The notes below the pieces were generated by a model. That model saw nothing but the letters and a program-made list of their open reading frames with translations. It did no database searches and was not told the origin of the DNA. A stretch of 64,000 nucleotides of DNA from Thalia democratica (taxonomy: Eukaryota). The translations under genes and the position numbers were made by a program. Location of the stretch: the NCBI GenBank assembly GCA_965202585.1, contig OZ241827.1:48298001-48362000 (forward strand), in the 5' to 3' direction. Positions 52,020 through 63,446 of this stretch are shown here, piece by piece (within the stretch, counting starts at the first letter, position 1; each line of letters opens with the position of its first letter).

Positions 52020-52660
52020 AAAACATTTTTTACAAAAATTAAATTTGGCTTTTATATGAAAGCTTTAAATACAAATTATAAGCCAGTTTTTATAGAGTTC
52101 AAAAATAACATTTAACTTTTGAGATATTTTATTTTTTGTAAAAAGTTTCTGATACAAACGTATGGACCACAGATTTTTTGTGGTCAATTTTCTTGGAAAT
52201 TTTAAAATTCACTAAAAATCTTTCTCCTCCTTCATTTTTCAAGCAATCTTCTTCAAATCTAAAGAAATGTTCATTATATTATAAGAAAAAATATGTTGCT
52301 TATGAATTTTAATAATTATAAAAAAAAAAAAATATCAAAAAAATTAAAAAAAAAATTTTTTTTTCAAAAAAAAATTGATTTTTTTTTTAAATTCCAAAGT
52401 AACGTTTTTTAGTTATTGTATAAAGATTAGACTAAAAGTTTGAAGAAGATTGTTTGAAAAATGTAGGAGGAGATAGATTTTAAATAAAATAGTTTTTTTT
52501 TTGATGTTTTAGTTTTCCCTTCCAATAGGGAACCTATTATGCGGCCCGTCTTTGACTAGTCATATCTCAAAAAATAATTTAAATTTTTCAAAACAATAAA
52601 GAGCATCTTCAAGCTTAGAAAAAACTCTATAAAATAAGATCAACTTGTAAAAAACATGGC
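52020..52660 (+). mobile_element. Kolobok-like MITE lacking terminal TIRs
   Basis: Shares CAAACGTATGGACC and GGAACCTATT internal blocks with 60312-60998. Confidence 0.6.
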
Positions 52661-53460
52661 TTCTAGTGCATTTAAAGCTTCTTACTAAATTTAAAAAAAT
52701 TGTCTACAACAAAAGTTATGCTAATTGAAGCAAGGCAATTTTGAGGTTTTTCAAGGTTGCCAAATTTTCAGAATAACTCAGGAAAGTTTAATTTTTTTTT
52801 TAATATCAGGATAACTCAGATAAATTTGAAATTCCAAAAAAAAAATTAGATGACTCAGGCCAGTTTTATTTTAAGTAAAAGTCAGGACAGTTTTAATATT
52901 TCTGAAAACAAGTTTTTATTGATGTTTACTATTTTATTGAATACTTAATTTTTTTTAAGGATTTGATAAAACACAGAATGACTCGGAGCAGTTTAAATTC
53001 TTTCAGGACAGTTTTTGGACTCCATGAGTGGAAACTATAGTTTAGCCACATTAAAGTTTTAAAATATTTTTTTAAAAACTTAACTGAATCAAGGTTGTTT
53101 AAAGTTTATTTTTGGAAAAACTCAGACTTGTTTTGACATTCAAAAAAAATTATAATTAACTTTTGTAGCTAATAGCTCTTTTTATTTTCTAAAAAGTTAT
53201 GTTTCTTTTCTAAATAATAGTTATTAAGTTATTGTTTTGATAACTATCAGAACAGTTAAAGGAATCATCATTAACTTTAAAACTTTAAAGAACTTCTTAA
53301 AAAGTAAAAATAATATTGTTTTACAAAATAAGTTTTTGATAACAATTTAAGCATTTGTTGTTTTTTAATATAAGTAACCATTATAATATTAACTTTGTTG
53401 CCATTTTTAGATTAATAATAAATCTATATTTAGCAGGTACTAAAGAATAATACTAATAAA

Positions 53461-54039
53461 ATGAGTTTTTTTACTTGCAACTCTGACAGTCAATCTGATG
53501 TCACAACATCTGATTCAGAAAACGAAGAAGAGCAAAAACCTTCTGTACAAAGCAAAGATGAAGAAGAGAAAGATGTTTCAAGAAAAAGAACTTTGCCATC
53601 ACCAATTGACGCAATCACTTCAGGTAAAGTTCCAAAGTTTGTCACAACTCATTTACGTGATGAATTGGACTGGGACAAAATTAAGAAGGAAGCACCACCA
53701 GTTCCTGAAAAAGAAATTAAACCTTGGGCACTCAACCCAGTCACCATACAATCAACAGCACCAAGTGACCATAGACCTGATATTGCTTTGACCAAGCAAG
53801 TTCCTCAGACGTTGGTTCCTAAAGAAAAGGTTGAGCAAGAAGATGTGCAACAACCTGAAAAGATAATTGATCATGCAATTAAATGGTCTAAAATGTACAA
53901 AGACACCACCACGCTCAAAGGCCGCCCAATAATGGATTTTGATGATCCAGAAATGAATACGTTTTGTTATACAGATGTAAATAAAGACAAAAACGCTTTC
54001 AAAAGAAGTACAGACAATAAAAATTCAAAAGATGATTAA
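53461..54039 (+). CDS. C1orf52: UPF0690/C1orf52 homolog (192 aa, single coding exon)
   Basis: Acidic Ser-rich N-terminus, KRTLPSP..AITS...PKF....DELDWDK...APPVPEKEIKPW and DHAIKWSKMY, matching recalled C1orf52 motifs (KRLPGP, IDWE...APEEPPKEFKIW, DMAIKWSNIY). AATAAA at 54067. Confidence 0.8.
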   Translation: MSFFTCNSDSQSDVTTSDSENEEEQKPSVQSKDEEEKDVSRKRTLPSPIDAITSGKVPKFVTTHLRDELDWDKIKKEAPPVPEKEIKPWALNPVTIQSTAPSDHRPDIALTKQVPQTLVPKEKVEQEDVQQPEKIIDHAIKWSKMYKDTTTLKGRPIMDFDDPEMNTFCYTDVNKDKNAFKRSTDNKNSKDD

Positions 54040-54619
54040 TTTTTTTGTACTGTATTTAAAGTTATAAATAAAGTTTATAGTTAAAGTTAAGTTTACTTTA
54101 ATTTTAGTCAAATTATTTTTTTATTTGAGTTTATAACATTATTGATATTAGTTATATGATTTTGATATACATTTGTTTATTAAAAAGCTCAAAGAGCTAC
54201 ATTTTTTTAAAAACACCATACTGAAATTTTTATAATAAAAGGTTAAATTCTATTACTGTATACTTTTTTCAAAACATTTTTTTACTATTTAATAATAAGT
54301 TAGTTCAGAAAATTAAATGATTTTCTGTTTTTTTTAAAGAGTATAACTGTCAAAGTTTAGAAAAAAAAAATCTATTTAAAATTTGTAGTTAAATTAAAAT
54401 GTTTCAAAGCCTGAAATTTTTCTACAACTTAGTACTTAATTTTATCATGTAATCTAAATAGCATACTTAATACAATTTCAAAACAGAGTATGTTAAATTA
54501 TGAACTATTTAAAAGACAAAATTTTATAGAATAAAAGATAAAAATATTACAAAAATAATTAACCAACTTAAATGTTAGTATTTAATAAAAACAGCTTTTT
54601 GAGATAATATTTATTCATA

Positions 54620-57600
54620 ATGGATCCAGCTAAAACAGAACAAATGAATGGCATGCTGTTCCACCTTGCCAACCAACTTGAAGGAGGTGCAATTGAGGTA
54701 TTTTTTGTTCTAGTACAACATTTCAGTCTTATACTTATGTTTACTCTAATTTAGTGAATTTCTTTTATTTTAGCATTTATAATAAACCTATTTGAATTTA
54801 TTTTTATTAAAATGATATTTGTTGTAGTAATATAGCCAGATTATATTAATAATTTTTCTTTAAATGTTGTGTATGTTTAAAACTATAAATAGGATCTAAT
54901 TGTCTTTTTTTCTAATTTAACAAAACAATAATCAGGGTTGCCAAAAAACTTGGAAACCTGGAAAAACCTTAAATTTGACAATTTAGGCTAAAAAACCTGT
55001 AATTTGGGAAATTAAAATTAAAAATCAGGTAAAACCTGAAATTTACAACAATTTTTACTTGTTTAGTAGAAACATTTTGATTTGATACAAAACATCTACC
55101 ATATAGATAAAAAAAATTGTAATTACCAAAATTTTTTATTACCAAAATTTTTTTCTATCAAAAAACACATTTGAAGTAGTTTAACAGGATCTTTTCAATG
55201 TTTTTATACTATTTAACACAGTTTTTTACCTTAAACTTAACTTTAAACAAAAAATAAACCCAAAAATGTGCACTTTTAAAAACCTGGAGAGAATTTGCCA
55301 AAAACATTTGGCAACCCTGAATAATAAGCATTCTTTCTTGATGATTTAAGAAAAAAAGTCAGGTTAAGATAATAAGGATTAAAAAAATAGGTTTCAGGTT
55401 TTTAAAACTAAAACAAAAATATAGGTATACTTGTTTTTAATAAAAAAAAATATTTTAATAATAATATAAAAAAGATATAAATTTCTTTTACTTGTGCTTT
55501 TAAAAACATGTACTAACCATTATCAATAGTTTTTCAATTTATACGACGTGCTGGATTAAATAAAATGATGATATGAAGAACTGTAAAAATATGATATTTT
55601 CTATGGCAATTCAACTGTGTATTTTTAACAATAATTTAAACTTTTACTTCTATATAAAGCCTTTGCTTTTTAATTCTCAATTCAGTTTAATTACCGAACC
55701 ATTTATCTTTGTACCATAAAATAAATTATATTTGTAACTGTTAGAAACTTGATTATTTTGATTTTTATAAAAATATATTATTCATCTGTCTGCTATAAGT
55801 TGTTAAACCTGGAATTCTGAACAAAGTTCACTACAAAACTTGGAAAAAACTGAAATTTTTAACAATTTTTCATGTTAGTAGTAAAATTTTAGTTTGGCAC
55901 AAAAAATCTACCATATAGATTAAAAAAATTGTAATCATCAAAAAATTTTTTTATTAAAAAACACATTAAAGTAGCTTAAAGTATCATTTTAGTTTTGTTA
56001 TACTATTTAGCACAGTTTTAACCTTAAACATAGCCTTAAACTAAAAATAGACCCGAAAGTGTGTACTTTTATAAACTTGGAAGAAATTCAGAAAATATAG
56101 AAGACATTTCTAAAAAAGTTTGGCAATCGTGATTAGTATAAAAACTTAACATTTCATTTATTGTCAATAAAAAAGTTAAGTGATAAGAACATCTAATGAT
56201 AATTAACCAATTCTTTTTTTCTAGTTGATTGATGTCTTCTTTGGGTTCCTGCGCATGAAAACAGACTTTTTTATTGGAGGAGGTAGAAATGAAGCAGAAA
56301 GTGTATGTCTTTACTTTTTTAGAATAAAATTTCTTTAGGTTTAAATAAAACAATTGCATAACTTTTACAGATGGTCTTAGATAAATTTCGCAAACATCAG
56401 AAATTAGCAAAAGAAAAGAAAGCCAAGGATGACCAAGCAAAAGCAAAACGAGAAGAAATTAAAGTTGATTAATAATTTTTTATTACTTTATAAATAAACT
56501 AAAATAAGTATAATTTCTTCAAATATTTTAAATTATAATAATTTCATTTTTTTTTACATAGATCATATTTTCTTAGGTGCCAAGCTTTTTAAAGTTCATT
56601 AAAAGTTCAACAATACGTTTAGTAACAAAAACAACTAAAAAAAAATTTGTAACACAGAGGATCAATATGCTAATTGTTGTACAACAATCGATTTGACTTG
56701 ATATGGTTGTAATGATATTTCTAAATGTATTTTTAATTCAGAAAAAACAACAAGAAAAGCGCGAGCGAGAGCAGGAGCTCAACTCCAGCAAAATTGTAGA
56801 AGTTACTGAAGAGGAGGCTAAAAAGATTGAGGCTGAAAACAAAAATAAATCCAGTGTAAGTTTTTGATGATGTTTTGAGTCACAAATAACTTTTTCAATA
56901 AATCAGGGTTGCCAAAAAACCAGGATTTTGAGAATTTAGGCCAGAAAAACCTGGATTTTGAGAAATTTTGGAAAAAAAAACTGGAATTTCAAACAGTTTT
57001 TACATGTGAAGCAATGAAATTTCGATTTGACACAATAAGTCTATCATAGAGATAAAATTGTTTTATAATCATTAAAAAAAGTTTACATTAAAAAATACAT
57101 TTAAATTAGCTTTACAGTATCTTTTCAATGTTGTTATATTATTTAAGACAGTTTTTTTTAACCTTAAACTTAATGTTATACTAAAGATAGACCCAAAGGA
57201 CTTGAACTTTAGAAGACTTTGAAGAAATTCTGAAAACCTGAAATAAATTTCTTTAAAATCTTTGGCAACCCTGATGTAGAAATCTATTTTAAATTGCTTT
57301 ATTTTATGTAGGTTTGTTAAGAGAGTGAACATTTCTAAATAGTTTTTAGCTTATTGTGATAGCGGGAAGACATCTCGGCTTTGCCAAAGATAGCTAAAAA
57401 CATTACTACGAGGTAATTATTTTTTTATATATTCAAAAGCTTACTATAGCTAGGTCGTAAGTAAATTTGTCATTGCAGATTTTCTGTTACAGTTTGTAAA
57501 AAAACATAGTAAACTATTTATAAATGTTACTCTCAGAGTACATAGAATTTTACTAGCTAAGGATACTGCAGGATAAATAATCGTAAAACCTTATTTGATC

Positions 57601-60600
57601 AAACAACAGGGAGACTCGGCACCTGTTCAGCAAAACAGCAGTGCAGAAGAGAAGCCGGCAGAGGAGGAAGAAGATGAGGAAGACAAGGGCAAGTTGAAAC
57701 CGAATGCTGGCAACGGAGCCGATCTCGCTAATTACACCTGGACTCAGACGTTGAAAGAAATTGAGGTTTGTTATTAATTTTTTTTCTTGTCATTGAGCGA
57801 ATATTTGTATATTTTTGATTATTGAATACCCTGAACTTAATTTTGATTGAACAAGTATGTATATCGTCGAACAAGTTCTTATTTTTTGCATTAAAAGATT
57901 ATAATCAAATAACTTTTTTTAAAGAATTTAAATCAAAACTGTTGACTAAGTTTTTTCAGTAAGTAGGAGTATGAATTGTTTGTATTTTAGAATTGTTTTA
58001 GTTTTAATAAGTATAAAGTATCTTAAAAACAAAAACAATTTTTATGATTCTAAACATAGATCATTTATATAAAAAATAAACTTAATAAATTAAAATAATA
58101 AAAGAGCAATTTTTTTGTGTAATAAATAATGTTGTTTTTTAATTATAAATGCCGTTCAATATCCGCTAATTTTTATGTTTAGTTACAGGGTGGCCAAAAA
58201 ACCTGTTATTTGATAAATCTAGAATTTTAAACAGTTTTTACATCTTAAGTAGTGAAATTTCAATTTGGCACAAAATATCTATCATATAGATAAATGTTTT
58301 TTGTCATCATCAATTTTTATTATTTTAAAACAACACATTTAAAGTAGCTTAAAAATATTTTTTAATGTTGCGATACTGTTTAACAATTTTTTCACTTTAA
58401 ACTTAGTTTTAAACTAAAAATAGACCTGAAAACGTGTACTTTTAAAAACATGAACGAAATTTATTAAAAAGAAGTAGCCACCCTGTAGTTAGAAGGGTTG
58501 CCGAAAAGCCTGGAAAAACCTGGAACTTGAATTCGAAAAAAATTAAAAAATAACCTGGAATGTCTAAAAATAATCACTGAAAAATATAAAATTTTAAACT
58601 ATTTTTACATGTAAAGTAACGAAATTTGTATTTAATACGAAAAATTCAATTATACGAAATTGTATCATTTAATTTTTTTATAAAGAAAAAAATTACATAA
58701 AGTAGCTTTACAGTATCTCTCCAATGTTGTTATAATACTTAATATAATACTACAAAACTATTTAAGACAGTGTTTTTACTTAAGTTTAGTTTTATACTAA
58801 AAATGAATCAAAAAACTTCTTTTCTAAAAACCTAAGAGAAATTTACAAAAAACCTTTGGCAACCCTGATTAATTTAATTTTTACATTAAAGTTTATTGCA
58901 AACAAAATACAAATAGAAGTACTTTTCGGACACGCTCTTCAGTATTTTTTCGTGTCAAAACAAGCTGAAATAATGATGTACTGATATAAACTAATAGAAC
59001 TAAGTATTTAAGAAAACAAATTAAATTTAACACAATAGTGATAATTAACAAATTAAGGCAATCGTCTAATCAGAAATAATATAAATGTAACACAACTTTA
59101 CTAATCAACTAATTTAAGTTCAACGAATTAAACAAAATGGTCGAATAAACAAATTTCTTTTGTTTACAGAGATCCGGCTTTAAGCTAAAATGTATATAGC
59201 TTCTAAAGTTTTTAGGTGAAATTCATTACGAGCCACTGATATTATTTTGAAGTTTTCCACTTTATAGTTTTCGACACACTTAGGATTAGTAATCAGGTGT
59301 TTTTTATTATTTAATATTTTATGATGTGAAAATTTATTATGTTATATATGATATTTTATACTTGTTTAGTCAGAAGTTATATTTTAAGATGAAATAGAAG
59401 AAAAGATAAGTTTTATACTAATTCTGCATATACACTTTTGAAAATCTTTAATATTTAATTTTTTTAACTTTTTACGAAAGTATGTTTTATATTAGGGTTT
59501 GACAACGTAACGGTCAACAAAAATATCTGTCCCGCGACGTATTTTACCTATAAAAAAGTTTGTGGAAAACAACAAATTAAGCTGTTTAATAAGAAATATT
59601 TAGAAATGTGTTCTTCATTTGATTTAAATAATGTTTATTGAATGACTACTTCATTGCAGTTTTACTTTATTTTTTACTTTTTTTAAATAAAGCCACCCGA
59701 GAAAGATTTTTTTTGGTAAATCTTTCTTGTAAACATAAAATGTAACGAAAAATGTATAGTCTTTATCTTGGTGATGTATTAGTTATATATAACAGTATAA
59801 AAATCTAAAGGAAAGTGCAACAATTTTAATTTATTTCATTAACTCCGGCTGACTCAGACTAGAAATCCTATCGCTTAAAACAATGGCAACCCTGATAAAA
59901 TATTTTTTTAAGGAATAAAGTTAGTAATGATACATATATATAATTATTTCAAAATACTGAAAATATTCAATGATATAAATCTTGTAACCATTGATTAAAC
60001 ATCAAAATTACATGTCAATCCTATGTAGATAAACATCAATACACAAAAAAAAATGTATGACTAATGAATACAAACACTCAGGTTCACATTCCACTGAAAG
60101 CGAACTTCCGAGTCAAGTCACGTGACGTTGTGTACGATTTGAAGCGCAAGTTCTTGAAAGTCGGGTTAAAGAAAGAGCAGCCAATCATCGACGAGAATTT
60201 GTACGCCGAAGTCAAATCGGAAGATTGCATGTGGACGCTCGACAGTAACTCCATTATTATCACTCTTTACAAGGTTTATTAATTTTTATTTCAGAATGAA
60301 TTAGTTATTAAGGGCATAGGGGGGGTCTGACATTTTTTTTACTAAAAATAACATTGTATCTTAAATGAAAGTTTAAAGTACAAACTACAAGCCAGTTTTT
60401 ATAGAAATATAAAATCTTATTTAATTTTTGAGATATTGTAATTTTTATAAAAAGCTTCAGATACAAACGTATGGACAGCAAATTTTTCAACGTCAATTTT
60501 CTCTAAATTTAAAAAACCACTAAAAACCTATCTTCTCTTTCATTTTTTGAGCTAGAGACCTCAAACTTATAGGAAGCGTCCCTTTTGTAATTTAGAAGAC

Positions 60601-62483
60601 TTTGAATGTTTGAATTTTGAAAATATTAAAATATAAAAGTTTTAGATAAAAAAAATACAAAAAAATAGGTGGTTTTTTTTAAATAAAAATTTAATTTTTT
60701 TAAATTAAATAAATTCCTGCATTCAATCTGTTTATAGTTTAATAATACAGTTTCTGTGAAAATTTGAAAAAGATTGCTTTAAAAATGAAGGAGGAGATAG
60801 ATTCTTAGTGAAATGGTCTTTTTTCGCATTTTTAGTTTGCGCCTTCCATTAGGAAACTATTGAGGTCACCGACTTTGATCGCTCATATCTAAAAAAATAC
60901 TTTGATTTTTTTCAAGCGATTAAAAATGTCTGATAGCTCAGATAAAACTCTATAAAATAAGATCAACTTGTAAAAATCAAAGTGGACCCCCTATGGCCTT
61001 AATTTTTAACATTTAAGTGCTATCCCTTCTTACATTTATATAGCACTCGTTGCTCACTTTTTAATTAAAAAAGATATTTGTATTTACTTTATCATACTAT
61101 TACACCTAAGTTAAAATTAATTCTTGCTTGCATACTATATTTTAAAAAGTTAAATTATATAATAACAAACGTGCTAATTAACTACTTATATATAACCGGT
61201 TTCGGTGAGAAAATCATATGACCTAGTCAAACAATTAGCAAAAAAAATTATATAAGTTATATCAAAATTTTTCAATATTTGTTTTAAACGGGTTGCTGTC
61301 AAATTTGCATAAGCATACAAGTTTGCATTAGGGGACAAAATTGCACGAAGATACTTTGGCACGAAGGCACTTTTGTACGAGGGGATAAAAATGCACGAAT
61401 ATGAAATTGCACGAAGACACTTTTGCACGAGCAGACAATTTTGCACGGAGACATTTTTGCAAGGGCTGACTTTTTTAAATTTATTTTTTTACTATCACTG
61501 TTACCCCTTACCCTCGGTTGGTAACTTCTATTATCATCTTTTAATCATTATTATTATTATTATTATATCTTTTTTTTATATTTAATTATATTAGTTATTT
61601 TTTCTTTTTATTTTTACTATCACTCTCACCCCTCACCCTCGGTCAGTAACTTTTAGTTTTTTATATTTTTTTTCTGTTTGTTTTACTCTAGTGCAAAATT
61701 GACCCTTGGTGCAAAATTATCTTCGTGCAATATTGACCTGTTCCCGTTTTAAACAGTTCAACGACATGGAATGGTTGCCGCGAAATCTTTACATTTTCTT
61801 ATTCTGATTATTACACATAAGTAACAACTATTTGCTTGTAATATAGTTTTTTATAGCTAAGCTAAATATTTTTTTCAACATAATTTCATGTTTCAAACAG
61901 ATCAACGATATGGAGTGGTGGCCGCACCTGATCACATCAGACCCCCTCATCAACATTAAGAAGGTGGAACCGGAGAACTCGCAACTGTCGGATTTGGACG
62001 GGGAGACGAGGGGCATGGTAGAGAAAATGATGTACGATCAGCACAGGAAGAACGCCGGTCTGCCCACTAGTGACGAACAGAAGAAACACGACATGCTTCA
62101 GAAGTCAGTTTGATAATCTTTTGAAATATTTTGTTTTTAAAACAGTTTTTTCTGATACGCTTGCAACATTTGCTTTATCAACCTGATTAGTAGATAGACT
62201 GATAACAGATTTAAGCCTAACTAGTTTTGGATGCCTAATTAATATCCTTTTTCCTTAATACTTACTTAATTTATTATAAATATTTTTGATGTTTTGATTA
62301 AGTATAAGAGAAATTCAAAAAAAAAATTTGACGAAATGTTTTATTTATAGTTGCAGCTTCAATGACTGCTGCATTTATAATAATGTTATTTAAAATTACA
62401 TTTAAATTTAATTAACAATTTAACGTTGCAGATTCATGAAGCAACATCCTGAGATGGACTTCTCAAAAGCCAAATTCTCTTGA
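54620..62483 (+). CDS. nudC: Nuclear migration protein NudC (321 aa, 8 exons)
   Basis: Exons 54620-54697, 56225-56302, 56371-56463, 56742-56855, 57610-57765, 60082-60273, 61901-62103 and 62432-62483 (966 nt, phase-consistent). Motifs: [46 protein letters not shown] domain, MEWW...[47 protein letters not shown]. Confidence 0.96.
54933..55319 (+). mobile_element. CAGGGTTGCCA-family MITE, 6-bp TSD (nudC intron 1)
   Basis: AATAAT|CAGGGTTGCCA...TGGCAACCCTG|AATAAT. Confidence 0.85.
55805..56131 (+). mobile_element. CAGGGTTGCCA-family MITE, left end missing
   Basis: The interior matches 54933-55319 and it ends TTTGGCAATCGTG. Confidence 0.65.
56904..57273 (+). mobile_element. CAGGGTTGCCA-family MITE (nudC intron 4)
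   Basis: Both TIRs are present; the TSD is not preserved (ATAAAT vs ATGTAG). Confidence 0.8.
58186..58485 (+). mobile_element. CAGGGTTGCCA-family MITE, 6-bp TSD (nudC intron 5)
   Basis: TAGTTA|CAGGGTGGCCA...TAGCCACCCTG|TAGTTA. Confidence 0.82.
58493..58867 (+). mobile_element. CAGGGTTGCCA-family MITE adjacent to the previous copy
   Basis: AAGGGTTGCCG...TGGCAACCCTG with the same internal order; no clear TSD. Confidence 0.75.
60312..60998 (+). mobile_element. Kolobok-like MITE (nudC intron 6)
   Basis: TTAA|GGGCATAGGGGGGG...CCCCCTATGGCC|TTAA. Confidence 0.85.
61290..61745. mobile_element. Mutator (MULE)/foldback-like MITE with 9-bp TSD
   Basis: GTTTTAAAC|GGGTTGCTGTCAAATTTGCA...TGCAATATTGACCTGTTCCC|GTTTTAAAC, with tandem TTGCACGA subterminal repeats inverted between the two ends. 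Confidence 0.75.
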
Positions 62484-62674
62484 GTTAATTAAAAAAATTT
62501 CTGCAGTGTAGACTATTCATTTTAGATTATTGCTTTTTCTTTCAATAAAAAATGCTTTTTGAACTGTTTTTATTTTAGCTTTCCCTAACCTTAATAAAAT
62601 TTATCTAATTTTTAAACCTAGTCTTTTAGCACTAGGTGAATTTTGAGTAGAAAAAAAGCACAACTAACTATCAG

Positions 62675-63257
62675 CAGGGCTGTCACAAGGTCAGGAAAAA
62701 CTAAAAAAAAATGACAAAAGTCTGGAAAAAATGGGAGTTTTTGATAAAAAGTCAGGAAATTTGACAACATTTGAAAAAAATGCCAGATTTTGTCAGTTCA
62801 AATTCACAAAATTCCTTATTTTCCAAGCCTTCAAATGGTAAAAAATTAATTAAAATTGTAAAATTTTCCTATAAATTTACAAAATTATTTAATTTCCAAT
62901 GCTTTCATCTGGTAAAAAATAAGTAAGTATCCTTTATAAAACTGCAAAATTTTTCTATTAACATATTGGACAACTACCCTACTTGAACAAGCAGTTCTTG
63001 TATGTTTTTAGTATTGATGATCTGTGGCAAGGACACTTCCATAAAGAAACTGATATGTAATGGAAGTGAGATGATTGAATTCAGCAAAAAAACCGTTGTT
63101 TTAACCTGTATAAACATAAGGTTGAGAGCTTTATATAGTTTAAGTGTTTGATTATGTATTTTAGAATAAGTTTAAATTAAAGTTTGATTTAGAAAAGTCA
63201 GGAAAGTTTTAGTAAAAAGTCAGGAAATTTTTCTCAGCTTGATATGTGGCAACCCTG
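62675..63257 (+). mobile_element. hAT-like MITE with AAAAGTCAGGAAA subrepeats
   Basis: CAGGGCTGTCACA...TGTGGCAACCCTG imperfect TIRs; no TSD recognised. Confidence 0.6.
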
Positions 63258-63446
63258 TTCATAGTCACTTAGTTGTTGTTTATGAAGTCACAATGATTTA
63301 GATATTAGAATTTCTCTAATTTATTCTCTTACACAATTTTTGATATAATAGTAGTTTTAATTAAGCAAAATTTGAAAATAATTTCTATAGGAGCATTTTT
63401 TTTGTATTGAATTAACTGTATTCTTTCCAGTAAAGATAATTGTTAA

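Larger units (their letters stand above)
49850..52026 (-). mobile_element. CR1/L2-like LINE RT remnant interrupted by MITEs
   Basis: GCLGPLLFLVYKND...RLFADD (51727-52026), IENIKYLGVVLYGKLNWMAH (about 50580-50660) and HSHNTRF...RTRFGLNSFRHLGPRFWS (50004-50231). Confidence 0.8.
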
